64,000 nucleotides of DNA from Eledone cirrhosa (GCA_964016885.1 OZ024753.1:19654001-19718000), one strand, 5' to 3'. Counted from the first letter of the stretch, positions 27,878-47,400 are shown. Numbers and translations are program-made. Notes: generated by a model not told the origin, from the sequence alone.

Positions 27878-28074
27878 AAGAGAGTCGGCTGAATAGTTCA
27901 TAGGCTGACCAAGATACTCTCATGGAATGGCTAAATGAGTTTATTTTTCAACATAGTCCCTGGAAAGAAACAATGCATTTTTTTTTATTCATAAGAAGAG
28001 TTGAAATTAATGCATGCAAGATTTTACAGCTCTAGCATCACTCCTTCACAGTCTATGAACTAAGCGACCCTCGT
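27878..28074. mobile_element. Degenerate mariner-like MITE
   Basis: GAGAGTCGGCTGAATAGTTCATAGGCTG ... CAGTCTATGAACTAAGCGACCCTCG imperfect TIRs. Confidence 0.45.
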
Positions 28075-29926
28075 GGACCAACGTTAATGACACCACAACA
28101 GTTTACTATCATTGGTAAGCTGTGTTTACATAAGATACATATTTCTATGTATTTACTTATTTCTATTATATATGGTCTGCTGTGATTAAGTGTATCAGTC
28201 ACGATATATGATTTGTGACGTTGTCAGGATTTATATATATATATGATTTATTTCCCCTTTAGCTTATTTTTTTCAAGCACTTTCCTTTGAATGTGTAGGT
28301 GTACTATTTAGAGATATGAATCCTATTATACTGAGTAAAACGACATTGATTATTTGGTTATGTATAGTCAACTAACGCGATCACAGTAAATGATTGATAA
28401 GCATTTTATCGATGTGTGATGAATAAAATACTAGATAAACTTTAACAGTATCTGCACACATAACTTGGTCGTTTAAGCTGAATAATAATAATCCATTTAG
28501 TCTGCTACTAAACGCTGCCAGATATACCTATTCTTATTTTAATCAAAGCTATTTGCAAAAACGACTGCAATATGATCAATCATAAATTTACTTTACTGAG
28601 CCACTTCAATATAGAAGTTATTAAAAATGATATACGTAATTTCGGAGAAAGTTTGTATCTCTATATTATTTATTGGAATCTGATATCACTTTGGTAATTT
28701 GGATTATAAAAGCAATAGTAAATTACATTACTCAAGTGACATGATTAATATATTAAGATATGACTCGTTTAAGAATTGAAACCCTCAGGTAAAATTTTAC
28801 TCTGTAAATGAAAATAGAACAATGCATTATACAGCCGCATATATCAACGAAGTGCATTTATTAATTCTATATATTGGTTGTGATTCAACATCCTCCATTT
28901 TGTAATGCGGTGGTTTTTAAAGCTCCTAAAAGCCAATGGGTATACGACCTCGCCAGAAATTATGTAAAACCATCGTTTTATCATCTCTTTCTCATATGTA
29001 TTATTAATCTTTATACATATTTGATTTTCAAATTATTCATCTCAGAAAACGTAAATGATAAACAACTCAGTGAATTTTTTTCGAAAAATGTATCTGTAAG
29101 ATAAATCTATCTCATCAATGGCGATGTCCCAGCATGGCCTCAGCATGTCGGCTAAGTAATCAGCGAATTATTCCATAATATTGTTCATTTGAACTTTGCA
29201 CTATAACTAAATATTCGTAATATGTTTACATTTCCTACCATTCTGCTTCCATACAGTTAAATAGTTGACCTGCGGGTGTCTAAGCTGACAGATTATTTGC
29301 TATTTGAACCAATCACACAGTGTCAGTGATTCTGCACCATTCAATGAGCTTAAAATACAAATCAAACCATAAAATTTAAAAACAGTTTTATATACTTTCC
29401 AACATATTACTTTATTTCTAAATAGAAAGAAACGCCACATTTTTTTACATAGAGGTGGGTTAATTTGGTACCCGTTTATGTCTGGGGGTAAATTAAAGTA
29501 AATACTGCAAGGCGTATAATATAGTAATATACTATTTCTGAAATCCAATTGATTGAGGGTGTGAAAGTTTAAGAAGTTTATATATTTTTTTCGTTATATT
29601 TGAATATCTAGAGAAATTGCTGTCATCTTTTCGGTGGCATAGCATTGAGGGCAGATGTAAAATATAATAAGGAAACGTGATTTCAGAAATAATCAGACTT
29701 CAGATAATCTTAAGTCACATGTGCTCATCTCTTGTTACCTACTATTGAATTCTCGTTTTGTTTTCTTAAGATATGAGAATCATTACATATATATGACATA
29801 TTCATATGTAGTTACTTAAGCCTTATATCATTCTGAGTATAGACTAATCGATATTTATACAGGTGTCATCTCTATAAAGGAAATATTTATTATTTAAACA
29901 ATATTTTCAATGACATAATATGGATT

Positions 29927-30067
29927 AGGTGGCGAATTGGGAGAGTCGCTAGAACGTCGGATAGAATGCTTTGTGGTATTTGTTCCGTCTCTCTACTCTC
30001 TGAGTTCAAATACCACAGATGTCAAGGCAAGCTTACATCCATTCCAGGTCGATAAAGATATACCAGT
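29927..30067 (+). mobile_element. Diverged tRNA-derived SINE
   Basis: CTGAGTTCAAAT B-box and GGTCGATAA..ATACCAG body motif. Confidence 0.6.
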
Positions 30068-30593
30068 CTAGTCGATTCATCTCCTATATCTCTTTCTCAC
30101 TTCCATTCTCTCACTCTTTATCCTTCTCCGGAAGAAGTCTGTTGTATTCATACCTGGAGATGGGCACCAGGTTTAATAATGCTCTTGAACGCGGTATGTC
30201 AAAACGGTTCAACGATTCTCCCACGAGTTGCAGGACCACCCATTCCTCCATTCAACAATGTAAACAAGGAAATAATGAAATGTACTGAACATCACAGAAT
30301 ATGCTTTGAACTCTGCGAGAAAATCACTTATAATTATCTACCGACCAGAATGTGTGTGAGACATGTCTTTCCTTTCCAATTAAAGTGTTCTCTCATATTA
30401 TAGGTGAACACGTAGAAGCCTTACTGTGATATACTTTATTTCCTTTCATTTACAATTCATGATGAATGACAGTATCTATTTTCATGGAATGTCTACTCTG
30501 ATAATTTCCCGATTCCATTCTTTAGAAAGCATTGATTGTCGATAATATCGTTCCCTATTTCTTCCTACTATATATATATATATATATATCCAT

Positions 30594-30661
<68 letters not shown>

Positions 30662-31596
30662 TGTTTTCTTATTCGTTTTCAAAAATCAAACGGACTCAAT
30701 TACGTTTGATATATTTGAGAAGGTGCCGATTTTACCATCGCTCTTTGATTTCTAAGAATTCGAAACGCTCCAGGAACAGAACGTGAAACCATAAAAGAAT
30801 ATCAGAGGATATGTTGCGATATTATAAATACTTTGCCTCCATTAGATACAGGATATTGAATTGATTTGAAATTCGTTTTATTATATAGCATGGTGGTATT
30901 CACTTCTCCATCTGCCACATCGATTACGCACACATGTACACAGTGTAACTCAAAAACACACATACACACATGTACACAGTGTAACTCATAAATACATATA
31001 CACACATGTACACAGTGTAACACATAAATAAACACACACATATACACATAGTACCACAAAAACATACACATATATACACACACACATACATATATATATG
31101 TGTGTGTGTGTGTGTGCGTTTATATACAAACATATCTATATATACATGTATGTGCGTGTATACACATGTGTGCATATATATATATGTGTGTATATATATA
31201 CATATGTATACACACACATATATGTATATAGAGAGAGATAGATACATAGATAGATATATGTACAGTATATTTGATAATATACTGTATGGTTAAGTAAAAA
31301 TATTTTGAGGTCCATTCCTTATGAATTTAAAGTACTGACTATGTCACTTATTCTCGGCAAAAACAAAGGGGAGAAATCGACATTCCTGTTTCTCGAGCGT
31401 AGGCGCTTATCAAGAAACCTTCTCTGTTGCCGAGATTTCTAGAAGCTGGATACTTATAGAATTCCAGTAATATTTAGGAGCTTATTAAATTGAGCGGTTG
31501 TCTGTCCAGCAAAAATTAGGTATTAGAATTGCTGTTCTGATATAGATATGTATATATGAATGAATATATAGTATATATATATATATATATATATAT

Positions 31597-32140
31597 GTAG
31601 TAAATCTACCAAAATATACCGTAGTGTCCAATCCGTATGAAGAACTCAATGTAATCCAAAAATAATGAAAAGAGAAGATGTATTCAAAAACTTTTTTCGA
31701 TGAAAATCACAGGAAAAAAAAGTCAGGATAAATTAATAAAAACAATGAATAAAAACAAAAAAACAGTTCCTTATATTAAAAAATTCATAATTTTACGATC
31801 GTTTCTAGGATATATATGTGTGTGTTGGTATGTATATCATATAGATCTATGTAAACATTTTACAAACTATCAGAGGGAATATACATACCTACACATATAT
31901 ATGCTGTCTTCAGAAATAATGATATTTGTTTTTTCAATAAACAAATATCATTATTTCTGAAGACAGCATATATATGTGTAGGTATGTATATTCCCTCTGA
32001 TAGTTTGTAAAATGGTTACATAGATCTATATGATATACACGCCAACATACATATATATCCTAGAAACGATCGTAAAATTATGAATTTTTTAATATAAGGA
32101 ACTGTTTCTTTGTTTTTATTCATTGTTTTTATTAATTTAT
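31597..32140. mobile_element. Family I fold-back (about 200-bp arms plus ~130-nt tail on the left)
   Basis: 31730-31932 is the reverse complement of 31938-32140; (TA)n flanks. Confidence 0.85.
31948..32083 (+). ncRNA. Type I hammerhead with ~100-nt stem II (mirror copy 31785-31922, minus)
   Basis: tcattattt-CTGAAGA-[long AT-rich hairpin]-GAAA-c-GATC-g-TA-aaattatga; stem I 8/9 paired, GUA triplet. Confidence 0.7.
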
Positions 32141-32147
32141 ATATATA

Positions 32148-32312
32148 TAGGAAAACGTATGACCCCGACAGCAGAGCTCAAGCCGTTTCGACGGCTATTT
32201 CTTGACTCTGCTGTCGGGGTCATACTTTTTCCTATTTCCTACTCTAGTACCCTAAGTATTGAGTACTCTGGTGCGTTTATGGTCCATCTGGTACCTTACT
32301 ACAATTCTTTTG

Positions 32313-32315
<3 letters not shown>
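32148..32315. mobile_element. Family A fold-back
   Basis: Short arm ends at TTCTTGACT; long tail on the right. Confidence 0.85.
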
Positions 32316-32347
<32 letters not shown>

Positions 32348-32534
32348 AAGAGAGGAAGAGAAGTTCTAAACAATTTGATTTAATTTCATATTTTGATTTG
32401 GTAGATCCACCAAATCAAAATATTATAAAATCAAATCAAATTATTTAGATCTATAAGGGAAGTCATTAATTTCCTTTTCTAATTAAAAATAACTCTACCA
32501 AGGATTTCACACATTTTCCAATATATATATATGT

Positions 32535-35490
32535 ACGCAGCTTCTTCTAAATGAGTTGTTGACTTGATATTTTTTCCTAACTTTCCTCTTTTTATGTTGC
32601 TTCACCTTTCGTGTCTATTTACATGTGTTTCTCCCCCCTCCCTCCTTTTTATCCCAATAACTTATTTTAGTTATTGTTCGCCCTAGGCAGAGGTATCTTG
32701 TCTCTTACGCGAAGAAATACCCATGATTCCTAGCAGACAACTGACCATGGATATTCCTCTCTTTCGCCCGTAATTTTTATAATTCATTGTACTTAATTGC
32801 AACCACACAACTCACCATTTTTTATTTATATACTTATATATATATAGTGAAAGAATGAAGCGTAACATGGTTGGCTGTACAACAGGGGGCTTTATTTCAG
32901 GTATTAAGAATTGTTTCATTGATCAGGTGAGGCTAGAGGTCACTAATCGCTCGAAGTTGCGTCACTCGATCTCCATTACATTATTTACCTCTGCCCAAAT
33001 CTTCAGAATACGATTAATCCATACATGGCGAGATATATAGAGATAAATAGCGCATAATCAAAACAATGACATCAATAATGAAATACATGATAAATAGGTA
33101 AAGAAGTTAAAGATGTAAAAAGTAAAAGATAAGTAAAAAGATAGAATAAAAAAGTAAGAAAATGGAAAAATAATAAAAATATAAAGAATTAACGATAAGT
33201 GAGAGCATATACGTACAGAATATGATAGTGGTGGTGGTGAGTAAGTGTCTTTATAAGGATGTTGTGGTGGATTTAGTGCTAACATGAAAAGTCCTATTCG
33301 AAATATACATAGATACGTGTAGAGAGTCTGAGGTAATGACAGATAAAAGAAAAAGCAATAAATTAGAGATATATTGGGAAATACTAGTATGAGACCCAAG
33401 GGCTAAGGGTGGATGGTGAATGGATGTTTGACAGATGTGTGTGGTAAATGTTTTGCTGATTGTCTTGCCTTAATCGGGTTGATGCGGTTTCAGGGAGAGA
33501 GGATGAAGAGATGTTAAGAGATGTATGATCTAGTGAATAGTCGGCTGTTTGACAGCTAATAGCGGTGTGATGGTATGTAATCCATACGTTAAAATCTAAG
33601 TGGTTCAATTCTAGTTTTGGGATTGCTGGCTCGAATCACGGTGGTTTGAAATTTGTGAACTTGGTAGCTATTTTATGCCTACAGAAAATTGATTTTTCTA
33701 TTTTGCTGTTAAGCAGCATCTTGTCGTACCTTAAAATATGGAATAGCTCCATATTGCAAAATCTGCAGTGGGACATTCCATTGTTGTAGGCCCTTGCTAG
33801 CGATAATTTTTACCAGCTAATCCTATATTCTTGGTTTGTGTTTTTAAGCTGCCAGATTTAATTGGCGAGCGATTTAGAGTTCTCCAGTCTACGGTTCTTC
33901 ATAGAGTGTCTGTGAACGTACCACATTTTCTTGAACACCCCAGCCGTGGAACCTATCTAGTGCCAAGTAAAGCTGCCTGAATTTACAGTACACAGGTACA
34001 CCATACTCGAATCCAGGCATCTATTTTGTAGTGGGCACTTATCCGGTAGGTGGAAGTTACAGTTGGAGGCTTTTCTGTGTGTAGGTTCTCAGTTGCGGTT
34101 TTGTATGTTGTTGTAGGTGGGTTGAGATTTAGACATATTAGTGTCTTGTTGTCATGCGCCCTAATGTGTGCGTGGTTGCGATGTTGTTATGTGTTTGCGT
34201 TTTGTATTTGGTGATATGGTGTATGTTGGTAGGTTATTTTCTGTACATATATTTTTGTGGTTGATTTTATGTATGTGTGATTCTATGTTGGCTGCAGTAG
34301 AGTAAGATAGTTTGATAGTTCTCCTATTAAATATTCTATGGTATTTGTGTAGTTTAGGGAAGTGTTTGTCGGTTAACTTAAAGAATGTAGAAGGTAGTTT
34401 AGTTTTCATAGAGGAGTTGAATATTGCATTGAACCATAAGTATTTCCTATCTCTTCGATCTTCTATAGTTCTTAGGGATCATTATATTAGTGTTCGCTTC
34501 AGTAATGTTTGGTGCCCGTTGTCTAATTCTATGTTTATTCCTATGTTTCTTATTTCTATAGGTGTGGGTAGTGTAGTTGTCGTTAGGTTTGTTGCCGCTG
34601 TCTCTATCTGGTTTGTATTCGAGCCCCTATTTATGTCCTGCCTTATGTAAAGCTATGTTATAATAGTTTGTGTGTTCGTTAAAAATGTCTAGCTTAGAAG
34701 ATAGGCGGGATATTCTGAGCGATATACTATGGGCGATGGAGTTAATTATGTATAGGAGGTGGTTTGATTTATAACTAATGTAGGCTAGATTCTCGTTATT
34801 TTTATGGAAGGGCTCTATTAATCCTGTGTTTCGGTTGAGTGTTACATCTAAGAAGTTTGCTTTTTTAAAGTTAAGTTCGAAAGTGACACCTAGGCCTAGT
34901 TTGTTGAAGAAGACTCTGATCTTTTTCCGTAATTTTTTCCATGTTTTAATTATTTAAGTTTTTGGTTAAAAGGAGTGAGTCGTCTCTATAAATTTCTCCC
35001 TGGAGGTTATTGAATTCCTTATGTAAGTTGTGCGCTATAGATATTCCCACTAAATCCGTTACCTGTGCTGAGTCGCAAGATCCCTTTGTGATATCGAAGA
35101 TATTCTGTCTGTTTTTTTCGTTCCCAGTAACTATTTTCGAATCTAATGATAGTTCTCCTAGCAGCTAGTAATATTTTAATTTCGTCCGAGGTAAGGTTCG
35201 AATTTTTCTAGGGAAAGGTTAGCGCTTTATCTAGGGGGTCTAGGGATATGGATGAATAGTAGTCATTAATGTCGAACAGCACGAGGTTGGATGTTTCTCT
35301 ACTGTCTATTTTGCTGAACCTGTCTATTGCTTCGTTAGTGTTATCCCATAGCTTAATTACTAGCTTGTCCTGGATTTGTGCGATTACTCTATCTAGTATA
35401 TACTTGCTGATTCTACCTATATCCGACTTCGATGGGCATGTTAATCTAATTGCGGGTTCTGTTTCGAAAAATTGTTTGTGATCCTTTAGG
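32535..35490 (-). mobile_element. Naiad-like PLE with decayed RT and GIY-YIG
   Basis: KDHK...RLTCPSKSDIGRISK; FDINDYYSSI; FDITKGSCDSAQVTDLVG; YRDD at 34979-34990; DKHFPKLHKYHRIFNRRTIKLSYS; degenerate CxCx5Cx5C and VY...IGST; many stops and frameshifts. Left boundary approximate. Confidence 0.85.
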
Positions 35491-35640
35491 TTATATATAT
35501 ATATGTATATATATTTATATATATAGTTTATGATACTATAGTGTTGGGGTCTTTTATCGAATTGAACTAAATAGTCTGCCTTCTATATTTGGGGACAACC
35601 AAATTAAAGTACGTGATGGCGAGAGAGAGAGAGAGAGAGG

Positions 35641-35720
<80 letters not shown>

Positions 35721-36265
35721 TGCCGTATATGTAGTAATTGTTATCAGTATGTGATACTCAACAAAACTGAAAAACTAGTAATAGAGAATATTGATCTTAT
35801 TTCAGGTAGATTAGTTGAAGATGTATCGATTAAGTAGATTAGTTGAAGATGTATCAGTATCGATTAGGTGTGGAAAGGCTTTCATGTCTGTTGTGTTACT
35901 GATGTGTTCATGAATTAGATGAGATGTGTGAGAACAACAGACACTTTGTCTTGAAGATAAAGACAAGACAACATACTTTATAGGTAAAAACCAGTTAATT
36001 GTGATATTTACAAGTAATTAGCCAGGAATAAAAAGAGAGATAAAGTTATTAAAAGAAATTAGAATACGGTTGTTACAGTTCAAACAAAAGAAAGGGATTG
36101 GTTTAGTAACATTGTGTACCTATAATACATATGTACAAATAATATATATATAACTGTCCGTGATGGTGCGAACTTGTCTATGTATGTGTGTTTGTATAAT
36201 TCACAGGCATGCACACACACACATGCATTCTCACACACACACACGCATACACACATATATATATA

Positions 36266-36339
<74 letters not shown>

Positions 36340-36342
<3 letters not shown>

Positions 36343-36847
36343 CGTTTCTGAATTTGTTTAGCAAGATTCTTTATCTGAAATCGTGTGTTGAAACCGATAT
36401 TGTTATACTTTGGGAGGGTCATGTTGCCAATAAGAAACACACGCACCAGTTACTTTCACTTCAATTTATTATATATTTATAAATTTATAAATTTATAAAT
36501 TTCTGGTTGGTTGGTTGGTTCCACAACCAGATAGTTGTTTATATATAGTCATAGTTCTTTCGTCACACACTCTGTGACCTCTTCAGTGACTGGGGATTCC
36601 TTTCTTTGTTTCTGTGCCTCTCCTTTGTTCTGTCCTACGCCATTTTGTGGAGAGGCACAGAAACAAAGAAAGGAATCCCCAGTCACTGAAGAGGTCACAG
36701 AGTGTGTGACGAAAGAACTATGACTATATATAAACAACTATCTGGTTGTGGAACCAACCAACCAGAAATTTATAAATATATAATAAATTGAAGTGAAAGC
36801 AACTGGTGCGTGTGTTTCTTATTGGCGACATGACCCTCCAAAAGTAT

Positions 36848-36853
<6 letters not shown>
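36340..36853. mobile_element. Family B fold-back with two hammerheads (36547-36591 minus, 36681-36725 plus)
   Basis: Near-identical inverted arms; 59-nt extra tail on the left arm. Confidence 0.9.
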
Positions 36854-40924
<4,071 letters not shown>

Positions 40925-40925
<1 letters not shown>

Positions 40926-41064
40926 AGGAAAATATAGCCGTCGAAACGGCTTGAGCTCTGTCGTCGGGGTCATACTTTTTCCTATTACCCACTCTACTAC
41001 CCTAAGTATTGAGTAATCTGGTGCGTTATGGTCCATCTGGTTCCTTACCACATTTCCTTTGTTA
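40925..41064 (+). mobile_element. Family A copy with vestigial inverted arm
   Basis: Hairpin plus long tail; (TA)n flanks. Confidence 0.85.
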
Positions 41065-41092
41065 TATATATAAATATCTATCTAACTATCTA

Positions 41093-41135
<43 letters not shown>

Positions 41136-41272
41136 GTGTGTGTGTGTGTCAGTGTGTGTTAGGTAATTCCGAAGAAAAAGCACAGGAGAGAAGAGTGCTC
41201 TATGTATAGAACAGCGCTTGTTAGTTAATCTGATGAATGATCCAGACATATTAATATTGGCTTGTTCACTTT

Positions 41273-41317
<45 letters not shown>

Positions 41318-41319
<2 letters not shown>

Positions 41320-41500
41320 GGTTTGAGGTTGACACTGGATAGAGCTGGTCAATTCCGTATGGTCAATCGCAATGTAATAATATAGAGAGTAGTCAACGTA
41401 AAGCAGTTCAACTGTCTTTGTTTTTGTAGTTGGTGGTGCTATTACGGAGTTAAATATTATAATGAATGACAAATCCAGCCTCCTGTCATTTCATTATATT
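41318..41500. mobile_element. Small fold-back related to family D
   Basis: TGTAGTTGGTG..TACGGAGTTAA and TCCAGCCTCCTGT motifs shared with 9138-9743. Confidence 0.6.
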
Positions 41501-41510
41501 ATATATATAT

Positions 41511-41623
<113 letters not shown>

Positions 41624-42149
41624 GAATATAAAAGAAAAACGAACACACATATATAGATATATGTGTTCAAATCGTAATGGACCTAATTCGCTCAGGTGAA
41701 AAGAATATTAACTATACACAATTGGGTTTGCTTGTCTCCATTTAAGAAACAATTAAGAAAATAAATACAAACCGGAATTGTGATAACTACCGATCACCCA
41801 GGCAACTTGTTGTTGTATCGCAAAGTTTGTTGTGAATAGAAATACTAATCCAAGCCCATCAGTGGGTGATGAATTAGTATCCTCGACACATCTATGTATG
41901 CTATATATGAAATACAAAACAGCGCACTTGGCATCCGAGCGAGTCTCACAAACCCACCCAATAAAAATAGTAGCGAATCAGGTCTCTTATGATTTGAACA
42001 CATATATGTATATATCTGTGTTCGTTTTTCTTTTATATTCTATTATAATATACGGCTCAGAAATATCTCTTTCTTAGAGCTATTTTGTTGTAAGAGACTA
42101 TTTTGGTTTCGTAACTCAATATCTACCTTTAAAATATATATATATATTT

Positions 42150-42745
<596 letters not shown>

Positions 42746-42902
42746 TTAATATATATATATATCAGATAGGGTGTGATAAAATACCAGATGGACCATATCT
42801 CACCAGATTAGTCGATACTTGAGCTATATATGAAAAGATATATATATATATATATATAAAGATATATAGTTAAAGATATATATATATATAAAGATATTCA
42901 AT

Positions 42903-43400
42903 GATATTAAATACATGGAAACTATATTCATAAAACCATATTTATTCTATTATATATATTTCAAGGGTACCAAAACTTTGGTACGCTATCATCAGATAAA
43001 ATACGAAGTGTATTTTATAAATGTTGACATAACCCAGGAAAATACGTTAACGGTTCAAGTTTTCCTTGGATAGTGAAGGGATAAGAGAAGAAAAGTCAGA
43101 TATTTCAAATTATTAAGATGAGTATGCAAAAGAGGTTTAGGTAAAGGGCTGAAAAAAAACGTTATTTTAGACGCTATGGAAAATTTAAATAATTATGATA
43201 AGTTGTTGTAAGCGTAGGAAAGAAGAAGAAGGCTGAAGTGCTAGCATTTACGTTAATTTTGGAGAATAAAGTGGAATATGATTCCAGAGTTTAAATTTGA
43301 ATTTATTTACCTATATTATGAGTTATAATATTGCATATATAATCAATTAGATTATATGAAGAATTATGGTTGTAAGTGTTTTTATTTTATTACATTACGA
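42903..43400 (-). mobile_element. Family C subfamily 2 terminus with hammerhead at 42943-43003
   Basis: tattttat-CTGATGA-..gtaccaaa/tttggtac..-GAAA-tatatata-atagaata; paralogous to 46929-47400. Confidence 0.75.
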
Positions 43401-44136
43401 TAGGTTATATGTATATAAATATCTATATAGATTCATATATATAAAGATATACATATATAAAGCTATATATGAAAAGACAGGGGTGAGAGAGAGATGTAGT
43501 GGAAGGGGAGGGGTTAGCGAGAACAACATATAAAAGTACCTACCTAATCACATATACAAACACACAAACAGACATACAGACAGATACACATACCGACAGA
43601 AACACAGACATGCAGACACACAGACAGACACACAAACACACAGACAGACTACTGTTACAGACAGACGATAGACTTACCCTTTCCCTCCTTTTCCTCTCAT
43701 ATGCAATGCTACTTTCTTTTTCTTTTATTGATCGCTATTGATTAGTTTAATATATCATATTGATTATATATATTACATAAATTGAATTTATATCTACACA
43801 ATTGAATAAATATGTTACATTTAGGAATATAAATGTTTTTTAATGACATCAAACTGCATAATAAAGAGAAGGAAATAAGAAAAGAATGGAAGAGACAGGA
43901 AAGGTTGTTAAACTTATATATTATAGCTCCTTTCTGAACATTTAAATATATATATAGGTTTATATAGAGTACTAGGTTAAATATATAAAATATTTGAACA
44001 GGTGGAGTAAATAAGCCCCAGAGTTCGGGTAAATATTAGTCTGTTCTCAGTCCACCTGTTGCCGACTCCGAATCTTATTTACCTGCCTTTTCAAGAATTA
44101 CATTAACGTGGATTTGGGAGTTTTATACTATATAGT

Positions 44137-44317
44137 AATAATTGTTTCTACATTTGGCACAAGGCCAGCAATTACCTCAGCATGACTGGTACTTTATTTT
44201 ACTGACCCCGTAAGGATGAAAGGCAAAGCTAACCACGGCGGGATTTGAAGTCAGATCATAAGGGGACGTAACTATGCTGGAAAGCATGGCGTCCGACCCT
44301 CTACTGTTACTGCCAAT
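44137..44317 (-). mobile_element. tRNA-derived SINE
   Basis: Reverse complement of the 57404-57587 family. Confidence 0.85.
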
Positions 44318-44771
44318 TCAATGAATACAAAGACCAAAATCCGCATAAATGCATACGCATATAAATATATATACGCATAGATGTATATATATATATACAC
44401 ACAGACACACACGCAACTCGAAATAAAAAAAGAAATTGTTCATACACATATTTTCCTGTGACAAAAAAACTAAAGCCCACACACACACGCGCGCACACAC
44501 ACATACCACATACACACATACACAAACAGACACACACGCACGCACACCCACACATATACACACGCACACACCCACACACATGCTAACACACACACATACA
44601 CACATACGCACACATATACACACGCACACACACACACTCGCACACATACACACGCATACACATACACACGCCACAGTACAAAAACAAACAAATATATATG
44701 TATATACATGTGTCCCCCAAAATATTCCTCTTAGCTCTTTGATCCCTTCACTTTTACAATAAGACACACAC

Positions 44772-44857
<86 letters not shown>

Positions 44858-45071
44858 TTCAAGAGTAACGAATCTTAAAGAGAGAGATGGAAATAGGAGA
44901 GGAGATATGAGATGAGAGATTGGTGAATTAGTTAGAAGCTAAAGCGTAAAGGCATGTGCTGAAAATATTCATTAGTTAAGCAAAGCAAGACGACAAATTT
45001 CGCAAGGAAGACATTATTAAAAGATTGATGTAAGGAATGTAGAGAATAATAATAATAATAATATTAATAAT

Positions 45072-45256
45072 AATAATTGTTTCTACTTTAGGCACAAGGC
45101 CAGCAAATACCCAATACATTACTGGTACTTTATTTTATCGACCGCGTAAGGATCAGAGGCAAAGTAAACCTCCGCGAGATTTGAACTCAGATCGTAAAGG
45201 GACGTAACTATGCTGGAAAGCATGGCGTCCGACTCTCTACCGATACTGCCAATCCA
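45072..45256 (-). mobile_element. tRNA-derived SINE
   Basis: Full copy with (ATT)n tail. Confidence 0.85.
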
Positions 45257-45423
45257 CTGCCCTTATATTAATAATAATAATGTCCGTTTACAATTGTTTC
45301 GCTACTCCATATAGTATTTCTGGATCAGATGACTATATCATAATTGATCTGGTTCAGTTGAAAATAATTAACATATTTAAAAGACAGAGCGGCTCATCGC
45401 AACTTCAAAGGAATATAAATTAA

Positions 45424-45532
45424 AATAATTGTTTCTACTTTTGCCACAAGGCTAGCAATTATGCCAGTGCATTACTGGTACTTTATTTTATCGACCCCGT
45501 AAGGATGAAAGGCAAAGTCAACTTCGGCGGGA
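45424..45532 (-). mobile_element. 5'-truncated SINE
   Basis: 3' half of the same family. Confidence 0.8.
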
Positions 45533-45574
45533 TATAAATATAAATTAAAATAATGAGAGAATGTTACATAATAT

Positions 45575-46590
45575 AATCTTCCATATATTGGTTTTCCACT
45601 ATGGTGTCTTGGTTGCATCAGTTGTCAGCCATCATCAAGCACTAGTCATCTGTCGAGGCTGCATTGTGTGAGATCTGCCTATGGGTAACAAGATGGCTCC
45701 CAAAGGACAAATTTACCTTACTAATTAGAGGGTGGTTTCAGGGGAAGTAACTCCTCGAGAGATTAGAAATTGGGGGTATTTATAGTTAAGTGCTAATTTT
45801 TAAATTGTTTAATTGAGAGACAATGTAGGGGAGGTAACTTATAATTATCTAGGTTCTTCATAGCTATTTAACTTATTAGCTACAAGTAAAAATGGTGCTA
45901 GATGATTAAGTTGGGTCAGATATTCTATTGGCGAAGGAATTAGCCCTTCGATGTTGACAGCTAATAGTTACCTCCGTTCTATCGTTAATCGGTAGAGGTC
46001 GTGATAGAGTTATGTAATATGCTTCTTTAATACAGAGATCACAAGATTTTCTTCGTCCATTGAACGGTTGGACCCTAGCCACGATATCCCATTTTAGTGT
46101 GTATTGAACGTTGTTTAATTTAAGGTTTTTAATGAGCCTAGCTAGCGATGACGAACATCTGTTGCTAGGGTCTCGGAAGGAAAAAGAGTGCGCGTTATAG
46201 CGTACCTTAAAAGGGTTAGGGGTAGACCCGATATAAGAGCTGGTATTCGAAGCAGTTTTAACCGTGCATTTTTAACCGTGCATACTATGTTGGGTGTCAG
46301 GCAGTGTCCATTTAATGGGCATGCATTGGGGTAACGGCAGTTGCAGTTGCTTCTGCGGTTAGTGAGAGTAGGGTAGTTTAACCTACGCGGTAGGTCAGTG
46401 CTAGAAGGATTAGATGGGGGAGGTGTCCTACTAGAGTAATTATTGGTGTAGTGGCGTGGTGTATTTGATAGGGGTGGTGGTACCGCGGTGTGGGAGTTAT
46501 ACTGTCTTAGTTTATAATGGTTACTGAATGCGACGTGGCTAGCTAGGTTAGGTGTTGTAGAGAATGAGATTTAAATTTTATTTGTATTAA
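45575..46590 (-). mobile_element. Naiad-like PLE GIY-YIG fragment and 3' UTR
   Basis: NCNCRYPNACPLNGHCL (CxCx5Cx5C), YIGSTPNPFKVRYNAHSFSF, LKWDIV...CDLCIKE. Confidence 0.8.
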
Positions 46591-46928
46591 AGAGGAGGAA
46601 ACAATAGTACCACTGACGATGTTGCAGATGTGCAACGAAAGAACTTTGATACACTATATATATGTGTTTGTGTCTATATTGTATCTGTATTATATTTGAC
46701 CGTTGGTCAGTCGATGGCAACATTGAGGACCGAATAAATTAGATTACCGACATAAAAGACACAGAAGCGAAAACCAGCCAAACAGTGAGTGTGTTCTGTT
46801 ATTAATTCTGGCAATATTACACAAATATAACCCTCCCCAAGTATAACAATATTTGTTTCGACACACGATTTCATATCAAAATCCTCACAAAACTAATTCA
46901 TAGACGTTAGATATATATATATATATAT

Positions 46929-47400
46929 ATTAGATAAATGGAAACTATATTTATAAAAACATATTTATTCTATTATATATATTTCAAAGGTAACAAAAAG
47001 CCCTCATCAGATAAGATACAAAGCTTGTTTTATAAGTGTTGACAAAACCAAGAAAAGTACCTTAACGGTTCAATTTTTTCGTGGATAGTGAAAGAAAAGT
47101 GAAGAAAAGTCAGATATTTTAAATTATTAAGATGGGTGTGCAAATGAGGTTGATGTATAGGCCTGAATAAACGTTATTTTTAGACGCTATGCAGAATTTA
47201 AATAATAAGGATATATGTATGTATAATTAGGAAAAAGAAAAAAGATAGAAGAACTTGTATTTACGTTAATTTAAAAGGAAGTAACACTTTTCGGAATGGT
47301 GGAATATTATTCCAGAATTTAAATTTAGTTAGCTATATTATGAGTTATAATATTGTATATATAATCAATGAGATTATATGAAGAATTATATTTGTAAGTA
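46929..47400 (-). mobile_element. Family C subfamily 2 terminus
   Basis: Colinear with 42903-43400; CTGATGA...GAAA motif at 46966-47018 with shortened stem II. Confidence 0.75.

Noticed and set aside
36340-36853. Fold-backs as DNA-transposon MITEs with long TIRs
   Set aside because: Arms are asymmetric, inner junctions vary between copies, and the same termini are attached to PLE GIY-YIG coding sequence and hammerheads.
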